The notes under the pieces are model-generated. The model searched no databases. It was not told the origin of the DNA and saw nothing but the letters and a program-made list of their open reading frames with translations. Made by a program: the position numbers and the translations under genes. A stretch of DNA of 63,987 nt, counting the filler, from Basidiobolus ranarum (Eukaryota), in the NCBI GenBank assembly GCA_040143965.1. It is 4 parts of 4 records of this genome, joined end to end, with 100 filler letters (N's around TTAATTAATTAA, not from the genome) between each part and the next. Parts side by side here need not be neighbours in the genome. Positions count along the whole stretch, not along the records: positions 32,179 to 48,147 come from JASJQH010000360.1; positions 48,248 to 63,987 come from JASJQH010000369.1; 2 more parts are not named here. One strand, given 5' to 3'. Within the stretch, counting starts at the first letter, position 1; every line of letters starts with the position of its first letter. Shown here piece by piece: positions 39,020-51,255 of this stretch.

Positions 39020-40090
39020 TTCATCACCTTAGCTTTAGCCATGTGCCAAATACTGCTTATTAATCAGGGAATGGTCATGAAACTCAAGTAGTCATGCTTA
39101 GAAAGGCACGTGTTGGTGTTGTATTATTTGATCTGTTTATCTTTCGGGAGCAGATGCCTGTGTTGACTTGGTTGCATATAGGATTGTTGGGTCTTGTTGG
39201 CAGTTTCCCAGGTAACATTAGAATGATCAAGTATTACATGCGACAAGAATATTGTTCCAATGAGGTAGGGAGAGTTGTTGAGTTTGTATTTTAACTTAAA
39301 GCGGCTCATTCGTAGTGAGCCACAAGATTGAACTCAATGACTTCTTTGGGAGCGTGACCGGCCCATACCCTTTATGATTCGCCAGAAGATCGACAGGGAC
39401 TGAACTTCATCTGGCATCAATCCGCATGAGAATTCCTCTTTGTCAACATGAATCAAACCCATCTGACAATCACATTTATAGTCGAAGTGAAATACAAGAA
39501 ACAATCAGTCATACGGATAGCACAGATATGGTGACGTGATTAAAGTATATAATAAATCACATGTATATCTGGATTTTGCGGAGTAGTTAGTTGCTTGTGC
39601 TATGCTATCCGAAACGATAGCCTTTGAAAGTACTTAGCACAGGTTCTAGGAGCTAGTAGGTACTGGACCGGTCCCAGAAATTCTTCTCATCCCCTTTCAC
39701 ATCATCATTTCATATACTGTCATTTCCTATCGAGGTCCACTTTTCTTGCTTGCCTCTTCAGCTATCCTACTTTTATCTACTCTCCATTAATTCGGAGCCA
39801 TACGCTTTTGATAGGGTCTTGGCTTTGGTCAATATTATTACGCACTTGCTCAGTTAGCGAACCTTCCTTATTGAGTACACCTGTAAAAATTCCCCTTAAG
39901 TACGTTATCAAGCCTATTCTCCAACTGTACATTCTACCTTCCTTTTCCATTCCCTTTCCCTTTGGTTGCTTTAAAACCCAAATACGTCTAACTCTAACCG
40001 CCAACCATTGTCACTGTATCGGTAAGCTTGAACTATTCAAGAGCTTAAGAGAGAAGTTCAACCTTGAAATCAACCATACTTTTAGCTTAA

Positions 40091-42200
40091 ATGATGGGTA
40101 TACCAGAAACCGGCCAGAATCCTAATGGCCTCGAACACTCCAAGTATAGAAATAACTGTAAAGACAGTAATGTACCTGAAGTAAAACCAGAGAATTCCGA
40201 CTTTTTCAATAATCAGTATAATTATCTTTTGTATACCTCAAAACCCAATAATCACTATAACACTACACATTATGGTCAACTCCATGAATCCAGTGTAAAT
40301 ACCTCCACATATGACTATCCTATGAAGCCCAGTGAAGACATTCATTCTGGCAGACCACCACAAGCGAACGGACAATATCCGCGTGCCAAATCTAGAACCA
40401 AACCTTCGCCCATGTCTATTATGGAACTTTGTAATAATGAAGAAGTACATTCAGAGGAGAATGCAGAAGAAAGAGATATAGCTGTTCAAATTGCTGCACA
40501 AGCCCTGGACGATATGCGAGCTATGGGTGTCAATTATTCCGATTCTAGCAATAGTCATAGTAAATTATACCTGCTATCTCATCGTTTTATACAATTTACT
40601 TACAAAGTTTACAACAAAATCAGGTATCGCAAGTCCAACAACTTCTGAAGGAGATTACGCCTCCATGCACGAAGCTTTCTCGACTAGTGAACATTTCATT
40701 TCCAGAGTGAGCAATATTCCCTTGGTTAACTCGGCCTTGAGATTTTACGAACAAACTAAAGCTAACTCACGAGTAGTCAAGGTCAGTGTTATAATCTCAT
40801 AACTGAGATGAACCTATTATATTAACAGAGGAATTCCTTTTATTGGCCAAATTTCAACGAATTCTTCCTTCTAGTATAGCGTGGAGACCGTTGAAAGTAG
40901 TGTTAAAAGTATCTGTCAGCCGATGATTGAAAAATTTGAGCCTCAGTTAGGCCATCTTGATGAATTTGCGTGCCGACAGCTTGATACGGTATGTTATATA
41001 TATCCAAAAGTCATATTAAGTACACCAGAGATGGCAAGACGGGTTCACTGAAATGTGTTTCTAGCTAGAGAAGAAATATCCTTCATTGATGAGACATGGG
41101 AATGGAAACTTGAAGGAATCGGATGATATTCACTCAAGTACATACAATGATGATGGGGAAAAATCTGGTACACGTCGCAGGGTGCGGCGAAGAGCTGAAG
41201 TTGAAGAGGAAGAAGATCCTGATTCCTCGTACAAACGTATTTTGACAATCACTTGAAATTTCATAAGAATTCGTAAATATCTAACATCCTTCATTTTCCA
41301 GATCATAATTCTTCAGGTGGTTCAGACGAAACGAATAGTTCTGCTTTACAGCCAATCGCTACCGTTATTCAGTCACGTAGTCGATGGGAACAGTACCTGG
41401 TAGAAGCTTCTGCTGCTGCTGGCGCTGGCGCCGCTGTATTTAGTGAAGAAAGTATGAAAGCACTCAAGTACTGTCTTCAATGGCTGCAGGTAAGTCAACT
41501 TAGTTTCTAATATGAGTTTCCTCCAGTTAGCCAACACTTTTCTTCTAGTTCGCATCGCACAATATTGAAACTCAGATTGGGTTCTTACGACAATTCTTGT
41601 TGAATCTATCTCAACCGGCCTCGAACTCAACGGAAATTACCGTAGTGTCATCAACTACTTTAGAATCCATTAAACGAGAGGTGGTTGAGACATTAAGGAA
41701 GGTGGTAGAGGTTGTGGGAAGATATGCTGGTTCTTGTCTGCCTGGAGAGGCTCGGAACCGGGTTCGTAACTTCATCTTAAATCTCCCTGGTCGATGGGTG
41801 AGTATTCTTATCTGTTCAGAATTTTCATTTCACCTCAAAGGTTAACACTCTTAATTTACAGGCTACTGTTAATATGCATAGTGCTACAACTTCGCCCAAT
41901 TCTTCGCCTCTACTTGCACCGACATCTCCCGCTGCTCATACATCCCAGAATATGTCAGCGTCTGCACATAAGATACTCACTCTGGCCACTGAGTCTTTAT
42001 TGATGCTGCTGAGCGTGACTGGAATATTCAAAGATAGCGTTGAACGTGCCGAACTATGGGTCGATAGATTGCGTAGCATGGGAGTGACTTCATCTATTAG
42101 CGACCGTGAAGATCAAAGGCTCTTGCCTTCTCCTGTTGGCCACTCTGATCAAATGGTGGATGATCAAGAGAGCCAAAGAGATCAGATGGACATCGAGTAA
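40091..42200 (+). CDS. OPI1: Opi1-family transcriptional repressor, multi-exon
   Basis: FISRVSNIPLVNSALRFYEQTKANSRVVK, LDEFACRQLD, SEESMKALKYCLQWLQ, IKREVVETLRKVVEVVGRYAGSCLP..ARNRVRNFILNLP.RW and KILTLATESL.ML. Confidence 0.85.
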
Positions 42201-43137
42201 CCAATTCTGCATCATCTTAAGTCATTCAGTTGACCCCTCTACCTTTCCCTTTCCCTTTCCCTCTTCCTATGCTTTTATTTCGAATATTTCTTTTGTCTAA
42301 TAATTGGTTCTTAGCTTCGGTTTAATCCATCAAATTGGCTGATTTTCGTCTAAACATCATAAAATCACTTCATCAAAACCCACATACATCTGGCTTATTC
42401 TTCTCGCTCAATTTATTACGGTTACTTGTTTATCTGCTACCAAATAAATTCCTTTGTATCTATAGATATGTAGTATATATCCAGGTTCTACAAAAAGGAA
42501 GAAATTCCATCCTAAACTTCAAAAACTACAGTTACTTGCATGGCTGAGTATTTCCTGCTCGATTCTAACTTCATATGCTTCAGTGACAAGTGAAATCGAA
42601 ACACATCTAACTCAAAAATTATTTTGGCAAGCCAAATAGAAATGAGGACCTTTTTGTATTCTGACTGAGGTACATCAACATGCCCCACTTCCTTAAAAGC
42701 CTTATTCAGGTTCCTTTTTTCCAAGTTCTTTTAATTAATCTTTCAATTGTTTACCCCATATGCAATTTGACTAATCTTCAATCTGCAGCAACCGTAATGG
42801 GGTTATAAATATATTTTCTTTCATTAAGGTTACATTCCAGTTATTTTGGCATAGATCTCACCAGAGCAATATGCATACATTCACTCTCTGCTATCTTTAC
42901 TGTCATATTGTTGAGTCTTTATCTGCAAAAAGAGCAATTAGCTAGACTTGTTTGTTTGCAACATTTTACATACATATACTCAGCTGTATAGTAAATCCTT
43001 TATGCTCAAACCAATGACTTGTGCCATCCATTAATGCTGAAAGTCTCATAACTAAGACAATTCTCATTTAATCTACTTGAGTACATAATTGGTTTTACTC
43101 AAGATGTAACAAACTATGTGATAGATTAAGCGGTCTT

Positions 43138-43378
43138 CTATTGAAATTAGCATTGCCTGAGCACCTATATAGTCATATATAGCTTAGTATTCAGTTATCC
43201 TATGTTGAACTAAGATTTCTCCCATTGTTCTCAATAGGAATTTACTTGGGAGTTTGAAGATTTATAGATTTTGATAACTTGTGCTAGAAGCCCCAAACTT
43301 TGCACACATATTCCTGGGACCTTCCCTAGCATATTCTACATGTTATTTTGTTTACATTTTGAAAAAACTATAAATTCA
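43138..43378 (+). repeat. Dispersed ~330-bp repeat family, 3'-truncated copy
   Basis: Shares TTGAAATTAGCAT, TATAGTCATATATAGCTTAGTAT, CTAGAAGCCCCAAACTTTGCACACAT, GGGACCTTCC and AAAACTATAAAT with the copies at 48-49 kb and 56-58 kb. Confidence 0.88.
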
Positions 43379-45045
43379 TAGTATAATTAAACCGTATATT
43401 GTAATATCTATTCAAATCATTCTTACAATGCCTTTCCATACATTCCCGGGTACAAGTACTTTATATTATTGGCTTGTAAAGCCCATATCTGAATATTTTA
43501 CAACTATTTGGTAACTCGCACTTTACACATACGGTGTAGAACTACTATGCGGAATATGTATAATAATGAGCTAAGGTTCTCAATCATTTGAAGGAATATT
43601 TCAAGTTACTTGGCTTACTAATTCTTACTTTGGCATGTGCTGTCAATCTTCCTAAAGTTAGTTCGTTGAAGGAAAACGGAGCTGAACATGAACACAAATG
43701 GGGCCAATATCTTTTGTGTGTTCGTTTGAAATATCTTTGATTAAATAAAAATTTTATCTTCTTTCACAGGGAGACTTTATTACCTGGTTCTTCACTCTTT
43801 TGTGGGGAAGGGTATCTCCCTAAATAGGAGAAGATAGAGTAATAATATGGGGAATGGGGGAAGTGTGAGATTTTGCCTGATTGAGATTTGTGCTAAATTG
43901 GGAGAGTAGGCCCTAATTTGCGATTAGTGAAAGAAATTGGGCTAACTCTAATCAGGATTAGCGCACTGATAGAGTTGACACAGGAAGTGCTTGGCATATC
44001 TACCCCAAAGTGATAGAATCCCCCCAACATTACTTACTAATATCCTTCCTTGAGAATTTATAATAGTATACAACTGATGCTTCCTTCTCCTTAAGCAAGC
44101 TTTGAAAAGAATGCATATCAGGCTTCATAGCATAGAAAGCTAATCGTTGAATGAATAGACGTTGTGAGTAGCAACCCGATTTGTTCACTCAGTTGTACCC
44201 CCTTGATAAGACTGCTACAAATTTTTTGTAGTATATTAGAAATGCCGAAGATGTTACGTAGAGGTATACAATTTGGATAGAGTACGAGTACTTATCTCAA
44301 TATAAAAGGGAAATAATCACTGGATTATGCATCAGTGAATATTTTTGAGTATAAATCTATTTACATAAAATGTGGCTCTGCCTAATAGAACAAACAGGAA
44401 ATAGATATTGAGCATTGCCAGAGTAATTCCCAATATATTTGTACAAAACCCGTCACTGACATCAAATGAATCCCTATTTACCTCAATATAGACTGAAGTA
44501 AAGCTTATCACTCTTAGTTGCCTCACTGTATTTGCCAACCTTTGTGGAACTGAGCATAGAGTAGTAGGAGTGCGTGTAGGAGTCAAAGTAATTGTAAACC
44601 CAGTACTGGTTATTGTTCGTCAGTTGTTCAGCTCACTTAGGTATGTCAACTATCTTCACACATAGCTGTATCCCATACCAAATCCAACTTATCATCTGAC
44701 CTTGGAATCAAAAAAGTAACGTCAATCGATTCCATGAATATATTGGTGGGAAAATTCAATAAATAATCCAATTGTTCAAAATATGTTCAGGTGATTTTTA
44801 TAAATTCCATGGTCCATCTCTTTTATGGTCCATCTACGAAGAAGGAATCAAATTAATAAATATTTACAATGAATACAGAGGAAACGTGTGAGCAGAAAGA
44901 AAAAGAAGGGATAGGGCATTGCAATGCAGGACTGTTCGACAAAGTATGGAGTGTACAATCTATTGTCAAATCATAAATATTGGAATGACTGAGGTTACAG
45001 TACCTGGAGTGAAGAGCAATACAAGGTCAGCTCTCAAATATTCTT

Positions 45046-45543
45046 TCACTCGGACTGGTTGTTGGCTACTCCAGTGACGGTATTTAAAGCTCCTCTCAGC
45101 TCTTCAAGAGTCACAGGTTTACCAACACATGCGTTCATCCCTATTGCTGCATAGTGTCTCCGGTGCTCCTCTAATGCGTTGGTTGTAATAGCAATAATAG
45201 GGATGGTTCTATTTGAAGCCAGTACTTGGAATCGGCTGTAGGGATTCCGGATTTCCATGGTAGTTTCAATGCCAGTTAGAACTGGCATATCAATATCCAA
45301 AAGAATCAAATCATAATTGTGTAGAGATAATGATTCAAGTGCACATAATACAGAGGTGGTGGCGTAGGTGTACTTCACCTCATTTGTGAAATATTTTGCT
45401 AACATACGAGTGACGATACTGAGGTAGAGGCTATTATCATCTACAACTAATACACGTAGCCCATCATTGTCTACTCTAGTGGGTTCAGGAAGCGCTAAAG
45501 TAGCATCGACAGACAAATGAGGAGCATTCAGGTATGACATCAT
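45046..45543 (-). CDS. Stand-alone response-regulator receiver (CheY-like) protein, intronless
   Basis: RVLVVDDN, YDLILLDIDMPVLTG (phospho-acceptor Asp), IPIIAITTN and GMNACVGKP (conserved Lys). Confidence 0.9.
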   Translation of the reverse strand: MMSYLNAPHLSVDATLALPEPTRVDNDGLRVLVVDDNSLYLSIVTRMLAKYFTNEVKYTYATTSVLCALESLSLHNYDLILLDIDMPVLTGIETTMEIRNPYSRFQVLASNRTIPIIAITTNALEEHRRHYAAIGMNACVGKPVTLEELRGALNTVTGVANNQSE

Positions 45544-46933
45544 GGTGCTTGAAGGAAGAAGTGAATGTTTTAGAGAGTCAAGTTCAAAAGAAGCATTATA
45601 TAGAGATTCAATGATGGAGATATGGTGATTAGTAGACAGAGTGGCTCAAAAAGCGAATCAGGTGCTAGAGGGTGAGTGAGTGTGTGAGGGTATTGAGATC
45701 GAATGGGGAAGCATAAACTCTGATCAACCTCTGGTGAAGATAGCCTAACCAATTTTAGTGCCATTGAGCAAAAAGATTATTAAAAGGAGCGAAACTGAGC
45801 AAGTTGAGTGAGTAATTGATATAAAAAATGGGGAATGATTGGTTCTCATATCGATCAGCTGTTGCTTTAATCGCACTTATACCTGAACTTGAAGCCAACC
45901 AATATAGTGAGGCTAAAACTGCCACCTATGCCCCCGGCGGTAAGTAATCTAGTCAGTATCCCATCTGCCTATATCTGTAAAATTGAGTGACACTACAGCT
46001 TGATTCATCTTGCCGCAATACAGGCTAAATATCTCTCCGATCAGAGCCGCTTCATTGCCGATCCCCCGATATCTCCTTCTCAGTTCCGACATGCTATATG
46101 CGGGTTTTCCATCCTATTTTAGCATCAAATCCGATCAAGTTTCACTGAACCGTGCACAAACCATGACAAATGACTTTAATAAGTTCATAATAATTAGCTA
46201 TGCAAGAGTTCAATAAATAGAAGGCCAACGAGTGAACGTACACCTATACATTGCAAATTCAAGTGCAGTGTCAGACTAAACAGTTGTGGATCAGATAATT
46301 ATGTGACTATTCAATAGTCATTAAATGAAGTACTACCTCTAACAGCTACAAGGTCTTGTGTAAGTAAACATGTCTCCAGTTCCTCAAGGGTTAATCATAA
46401 CCAGAGAAACTATTCAAGAATCCATGAAATCATCTTCATCTACTTTAAAAGTTGCTTCGACTTCTCTTCCATTCAAATTCCAACGAGTGGGATTGTTTCA
46501 CCTTATAATTTAGTCAGATCAAACAAGTCTAGAATGGTCACAAGTGTACCAGATCAGCTATCACTCGCTAAATAATTAGCTAATCCTTGATCCTTGGATT
46601 TGCTGCATGCTGACTGTATGTTGATCGATTGAGTACAATGGTTTTAGTCCTATTAAAGTAATTGGTTAGTATATGCCCGTCGGATTGCTTATGCATGGGT
46701 TCAGAACAATGTAGATTTAGGTTAGGATTACTAAATCTTAGTGTGAGCATTGAACAATCCATGAAGGGCTTATTATCTTTTATTCCCTCAATTGAGATCA
46801 TACAGAAACAAACATTGGCAACAAATCAATTGTAGTTGGTTGTAAAATGATTGTCTAGATTCGAAAATGTCTTGGAATTCATACCTTAATATAGTCCTAT
46901 TGATACAGTAGTGTCACAAGTAGAAGATACAAA

Positions 46934-48040
46934 ATGTTGAATGGAAATAATTCTAAAATTTTCAACAATGGTTACCACTAGCATCTTACTGGACGTCTAT
47001 CTCACAAGTCTCCAAAATCTTACATCAACACCCATGAGATTCTTACCAAGATCAAAGCCGTGTCACTCAACAATCGCAACATTATCGTTTTACTATCAAA
47101 GAATCCGCTGTCTCTTGCTCGGAAGAATCTGGCGAGATCGTTGCTGTAGGCTCTCAAGTTACTTCTCCCCAAAAAAGGCATCCAATTGTCGCTAGCTTTG
47201 ATCAATCCATGGTCTATATGAATGGTTAGAATGCTAATCTAGGTGAGCCCATGATGGTGTACTCCAGCAGTATCGTATGTTTCCTGAACACTCAATTATA
47301 ATTCTTATGAGAAGAAGCAACTACACCAGCATGCACGGGTGTTACTACTTTGGTTTCACTTTTTGGTAATATACTATTTCTTACCCGCTAATCTGTTCTT
47401 TTTTTAGGTGTCAGGGCGTTTTCATTACTGGTGTCATCTTTTACAAAGCTGTTGATACCATCGCCATCGTGGCCTCTTCCTCGGCTGAAAAACTCTTTTC
47501 AAGGCAAAATACGGTGCTGATTACACTATCAACTACAATAACATTCTATATACCATCAGGGATCAAAATGAATATTATAGGTGCCAAAGTGCTCAAGCTA
47601 GTGATTTTGCCTCGGAACTATCGGTATCTCGAGTGCTTTAATATTAGGGACTGTTGGCACTTTTAATGGTATATCTCGAGATCTTTATGGATGTATTTTA
47701 TCTAAATTTAATGAATTAAGTTGAGTGTATTTGATAAGGTTTACTTTGCTATTTATATTATTGATATTAATATAGAAGCGCCGTCGATTCCAATTATTCG
47801 GCTTTAATTCATTTATAGCCGTTAGAAATCAGCACTTGAATATTGCCAGTGCAGACGATGGTAGCTTGATTTAGACTTTCATTCTGGTATCTGTGTTATA
47901 GTGCTCCAAGCTTGATATATTTGAACCGAGGTTTGTTGAATCTCGAAAATAACTCTATTATATCTACAATGTAGGTATATATACATACCTGGATGCCGTT
48001 GAAGAGTCAATACCTTACACAAATATGCATTTCAAACTCA
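46934..48040 (+). pseudogene. Degenerate medium-chain dehydrogenase/reductase (zinc-ADH/quinone-reductase-like)
   Basis: Fragments lie in shifting frames with stops: HEILTKIKAVSLNNRN, GEIVAVGSQVT...VASFDQ, EEATTPACTGVT...LFG, SSSAEKL and KYGADYTINY. Their order matches fungal MDR enzymes. The 3' limit is approximate. Confidence 0.62.
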
Positions 48041-48147
48041 ATTTACTTTTTTCTACAGCTTTGCTGTTTCAAGTATCGGTTGGAGTTCCTTTGAGTGCTT
48101 CTTCTACCAGTTATAGTAACTTAGTAGCACCACATTCTAATCAGCCG

Positions 48148-48247
48148 NNNNNNNNNNNNNNNNNNNNNNNNNNNNNNNNNNNNNNNNNNNNTTAATTAAT
48201 TAANNNNNNNNNNNNNNNNNNNNNNNNNNNNNNNNNNNNNNNNNNNN
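48148..48247. other. Artificial contig-joining linker
   Basis: N44-TTAATTAATTAA-N44. Confidence 0.97.
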
Positions 48248-48566
48248 AATTAGCATTGCCTAAACATCTATATAGTCACATATAGCTTAGTATTTAGTTA
48301 TACTATATTGAACTAAGATAACACCCACCATTTGCAATCGCAATTTACTTAGAAGTTCTCAGACATATAGATTTTTCAAACTTGTCCTAGAAGCCCCAAA
48401 CTTTGCACACATGCTGCTGGGACCTTCCTTAGCACATAATACACGTTCATGTGTTTACATCTTGACAAAACTATAAATGTCAACTGAATACTCAATAAGT
48501 CAGTTAGTGAAAAGCACCAAAATCTCTAGTTCTCCAAACCACCTCCAACAGGCTCCCAAAAAACAT
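48248..48566 (+). repeat. Dispersed ~330-bp repeat family copy (left arm of an inverted pair)
   Basis: Nearly identical to the reverse complement of 48745-49061. Confidence 0.92.
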
Positions 48567-48736
48567 ATAATGGCTACAAGAGCCTTGGGTCTGTGTAACA
48601 GCCAATAATTAATGGACCTATCAGAGTGCCATAGGAGTCCTCAAAGGCTAAAAATAAGTATTTCAAAGCCACAGCAAGCTTACGTTTCTGGTTAGTACAT
48701 AGCCTCTACTGTATGTACAAAATTGATTACTAGATA

Positions 48737-49068
48737 CTGTTGAAGTATTTTGGAAGTTTGTTGTAAGTGGTTTGGAGAACTGTAAGAGTTGCTGGTTTCC
48801 ACTTTTTGATTTATTGAGTATTCAGTTGACATTTATAGTTTTGTCAAGATGTAAATACATCAATATGTATTATGTGCTAAGGAAGGTCCCAGCAGCATGT
48901 GTGCAAAGTCTGGGGCTTCTAGCACAAGTTATCAAAATCTATATATCTGAGAACTTCTAAGTAAATTGCGATTGAGAATGGTGGGTTTTATCTTAGTTCA
49001 ATATAGTATAACTAAATACTAAGCTATATGTGACTATATAGATGTTTAGGCTATGCTAATTTCAACAG
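48737..49068 (-). mobile_element. Full-length ~330-bp repeat unit with 8-bp terminal inverted repeats (MITE- or solo-LTR-like)
   Basis: Begins CTGTTGAA and ends TTCAACAG. Non-coding and homologous to five other copies. No clear target-site duplication. Confidence 0.7.
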
Positions 49069-50964
49069 AATCAAGGCTAATTTTGGTCATAATGAGCACC
49101 TTTTTATGTAATTTGATATGATTTGCATAAATAATCCTAATGACTATTAATAGATAGAAGAAGTTATACCTTCACTCATAGAGTACCAGTCAATCATGAA
49201 ATAACTTTCTACTAAAATCTAAATTCTCGAATTTTACAAGGGAGGTAGGAGATTCATTAGAGTGAGGCCTATGTGAATACTCAATGCAAGTAGGGGATCA
49301 TTTATCAGAATCCTGAAGTATTCAAAGTGCTGAAATTTAGACAATAGAAGAGGATTCTTTGCAAGGTAAATGTACATCCAACCTTGTGCAATATCCAAGT
49401 GAATGAAATTACTCCATGTGATTGTGGTATATAACACAGTGGTAGGTGTATAACAGGTGTAGCCTATGAATCCCAAATTAGTACTCTGAAGAATCTCAAC
49501 CTGTTCCAGGAACATTCTAATACTATTGAACTGAATCGCAACTGGTCGTAATAAACTCTTGGGATGGGGATTACTAATGAACGCTCATTTAGCTGGAACA
49601 TCCGGCGTTGTAAACCTCATTTGATTTGGTAAAACCTTCATCTAACAATGATGTCTAGTCAGTGCTCTCTCAAAGCACGTGAGCTCGGCAATCACTTCTA
49701 ATTCCATAATATTAGAACATTAAACTTGTTTAACTATGACACTTTCTAGTATCAGTAACGGCTTCATTACAACTGAGCTCTAGACTGGAAATACGTAGTC
49801 TAAGAATGAACCTGATTAATTATTAACCCGTAGAACTTGTAATTTACTACGCGATCTAGTCTTGGCAAGAAGATTGCTTATTTAAGACGAAGAATTTCAT
49901 TTACCAAACCCAAAACCAATGTAGAAAGGCAATTTGATATCAATAACACACCCAACTGAATTGAAACATCCAAGAGCGGCGTTGATACGTTGCTGGAATG
50001 TTCACTACTGTCTGGGCTCCCATCGATATGGTTGTTGTATATCATCGATGATATAAGGGAAGTATGCAATAATGCTTATATTTGTGGTTGATACCCTATA
50101 TGCGGAAAGCATATTTCCAGGTAGTATCTGTTGGCGAAGTTCCTTTTGGTGCCAAGTATGCAATTACAAGAGTGTCTAGTGGATGATTACTGCTCTCCAC
50201 AAATGATCACTAGCTTACTGACCTGCACAGCGTCTCATAGGTTATTCGTATAATTAGATTCAATTGCATGGGAACAACTCGGGCGCCAAACGACTACCAC
50301 TGAATATTAGATAAATTGCATGATCACTGCCACCTCTCAGGTGGCCTATTTGATCATGTGCATTGTTGGATGATATATCAATATGATATGGCCCTCTGCT
50401 AAACAGCTATTTTCGCCAATGTAGAAAGCATCAAGTGACTGCCGCAATAAGCCACACGAAATCATTCGAATTTCACATCGACTAGATCCTCTATCCATCA
50501 TTTACGGTATGGGTTCCAGAGTTCCTTGCATAGAACTGTGGAAATGATGCCATTTACAAATTATCCGGAATGTTGGTTTCTATAACAATCTTTCGGAATA
50601 TTTATTATGGTAAGTAAATATGGCGTAATTCGAAGTTTAGGAAGGTTTAATTTTGACCGAGATGGTGCTTGGGATATTGACGAAGGTGATTTACAAATTT
50701 GAGGATTACAAAATTTGACGGCGGTGGAGAAGATATATAGACAAAAGGGGAATGGTCTCTTGGAAATATCAAGAGATTATTGAATGAAGATGTTAGGAGT
50801 TTCTTACTATATTAAAATGGACAGAGTGATATTCCAAATATGCTGTTGTTGATAGCTCTCGCATTTGTCGGGATGTGTGTTGTCAGGTGTGAATATTAAC
50901 GAACGGATGTGCCAGAGTGGAAGAGTAAGTAATGCCTAAATACCCAAACTGAATTGGCGCCTTC

Positions 50965-51255
50965 CTAATTGTATGTAGAGCCACCAAGATTGAAATTGGG
51001 TGGTGAGATTTTGCTGCTCCGTTCTTTGGACATGAAGTTCAGCGGCGAGAGAGGGGGTGATGGCAAGTATGCCTTGAAAGGAGGGCTTCGGACGTTGGAG
51101 GTACTGAATACACTAGAGCGACGGCGTTGGTAAACGAGACCGGGTGGAACCATTTCGTGAGCTGAGGTGTCTTGAAGTCGGCACATCTCACTGCAGTAAA
51201 GATCATTATCGAAGCTAACATGCTTGTCACAAACGGTGCACCAATTAGTATCCAT
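50965..51255 (-). CDS. Ecl1-like small zinc-binding protein
   Basis: MDTNWCTVCDKH...LYCSEMCRLQD (C-x2-C...C-x3-C), followed by an S/P-rich tail. TATA-like element upstream. Confidence 0.78.
   Translation of the reverse strand: MDTNWCTVCDKHVSFDNDLYCSEMCRLQDTSAHEMVPPGLVYQRRRSSVFSTSNVRSPPFKAYLPSPPLSPLNFMSKERSSKISPPNFNLGGSTYN

Noticed and set aside
48772-48960. 62-aa ORF within the repeat
   Set aside because: It lies inside the non-coding repeat unit and has no transposase motifs.
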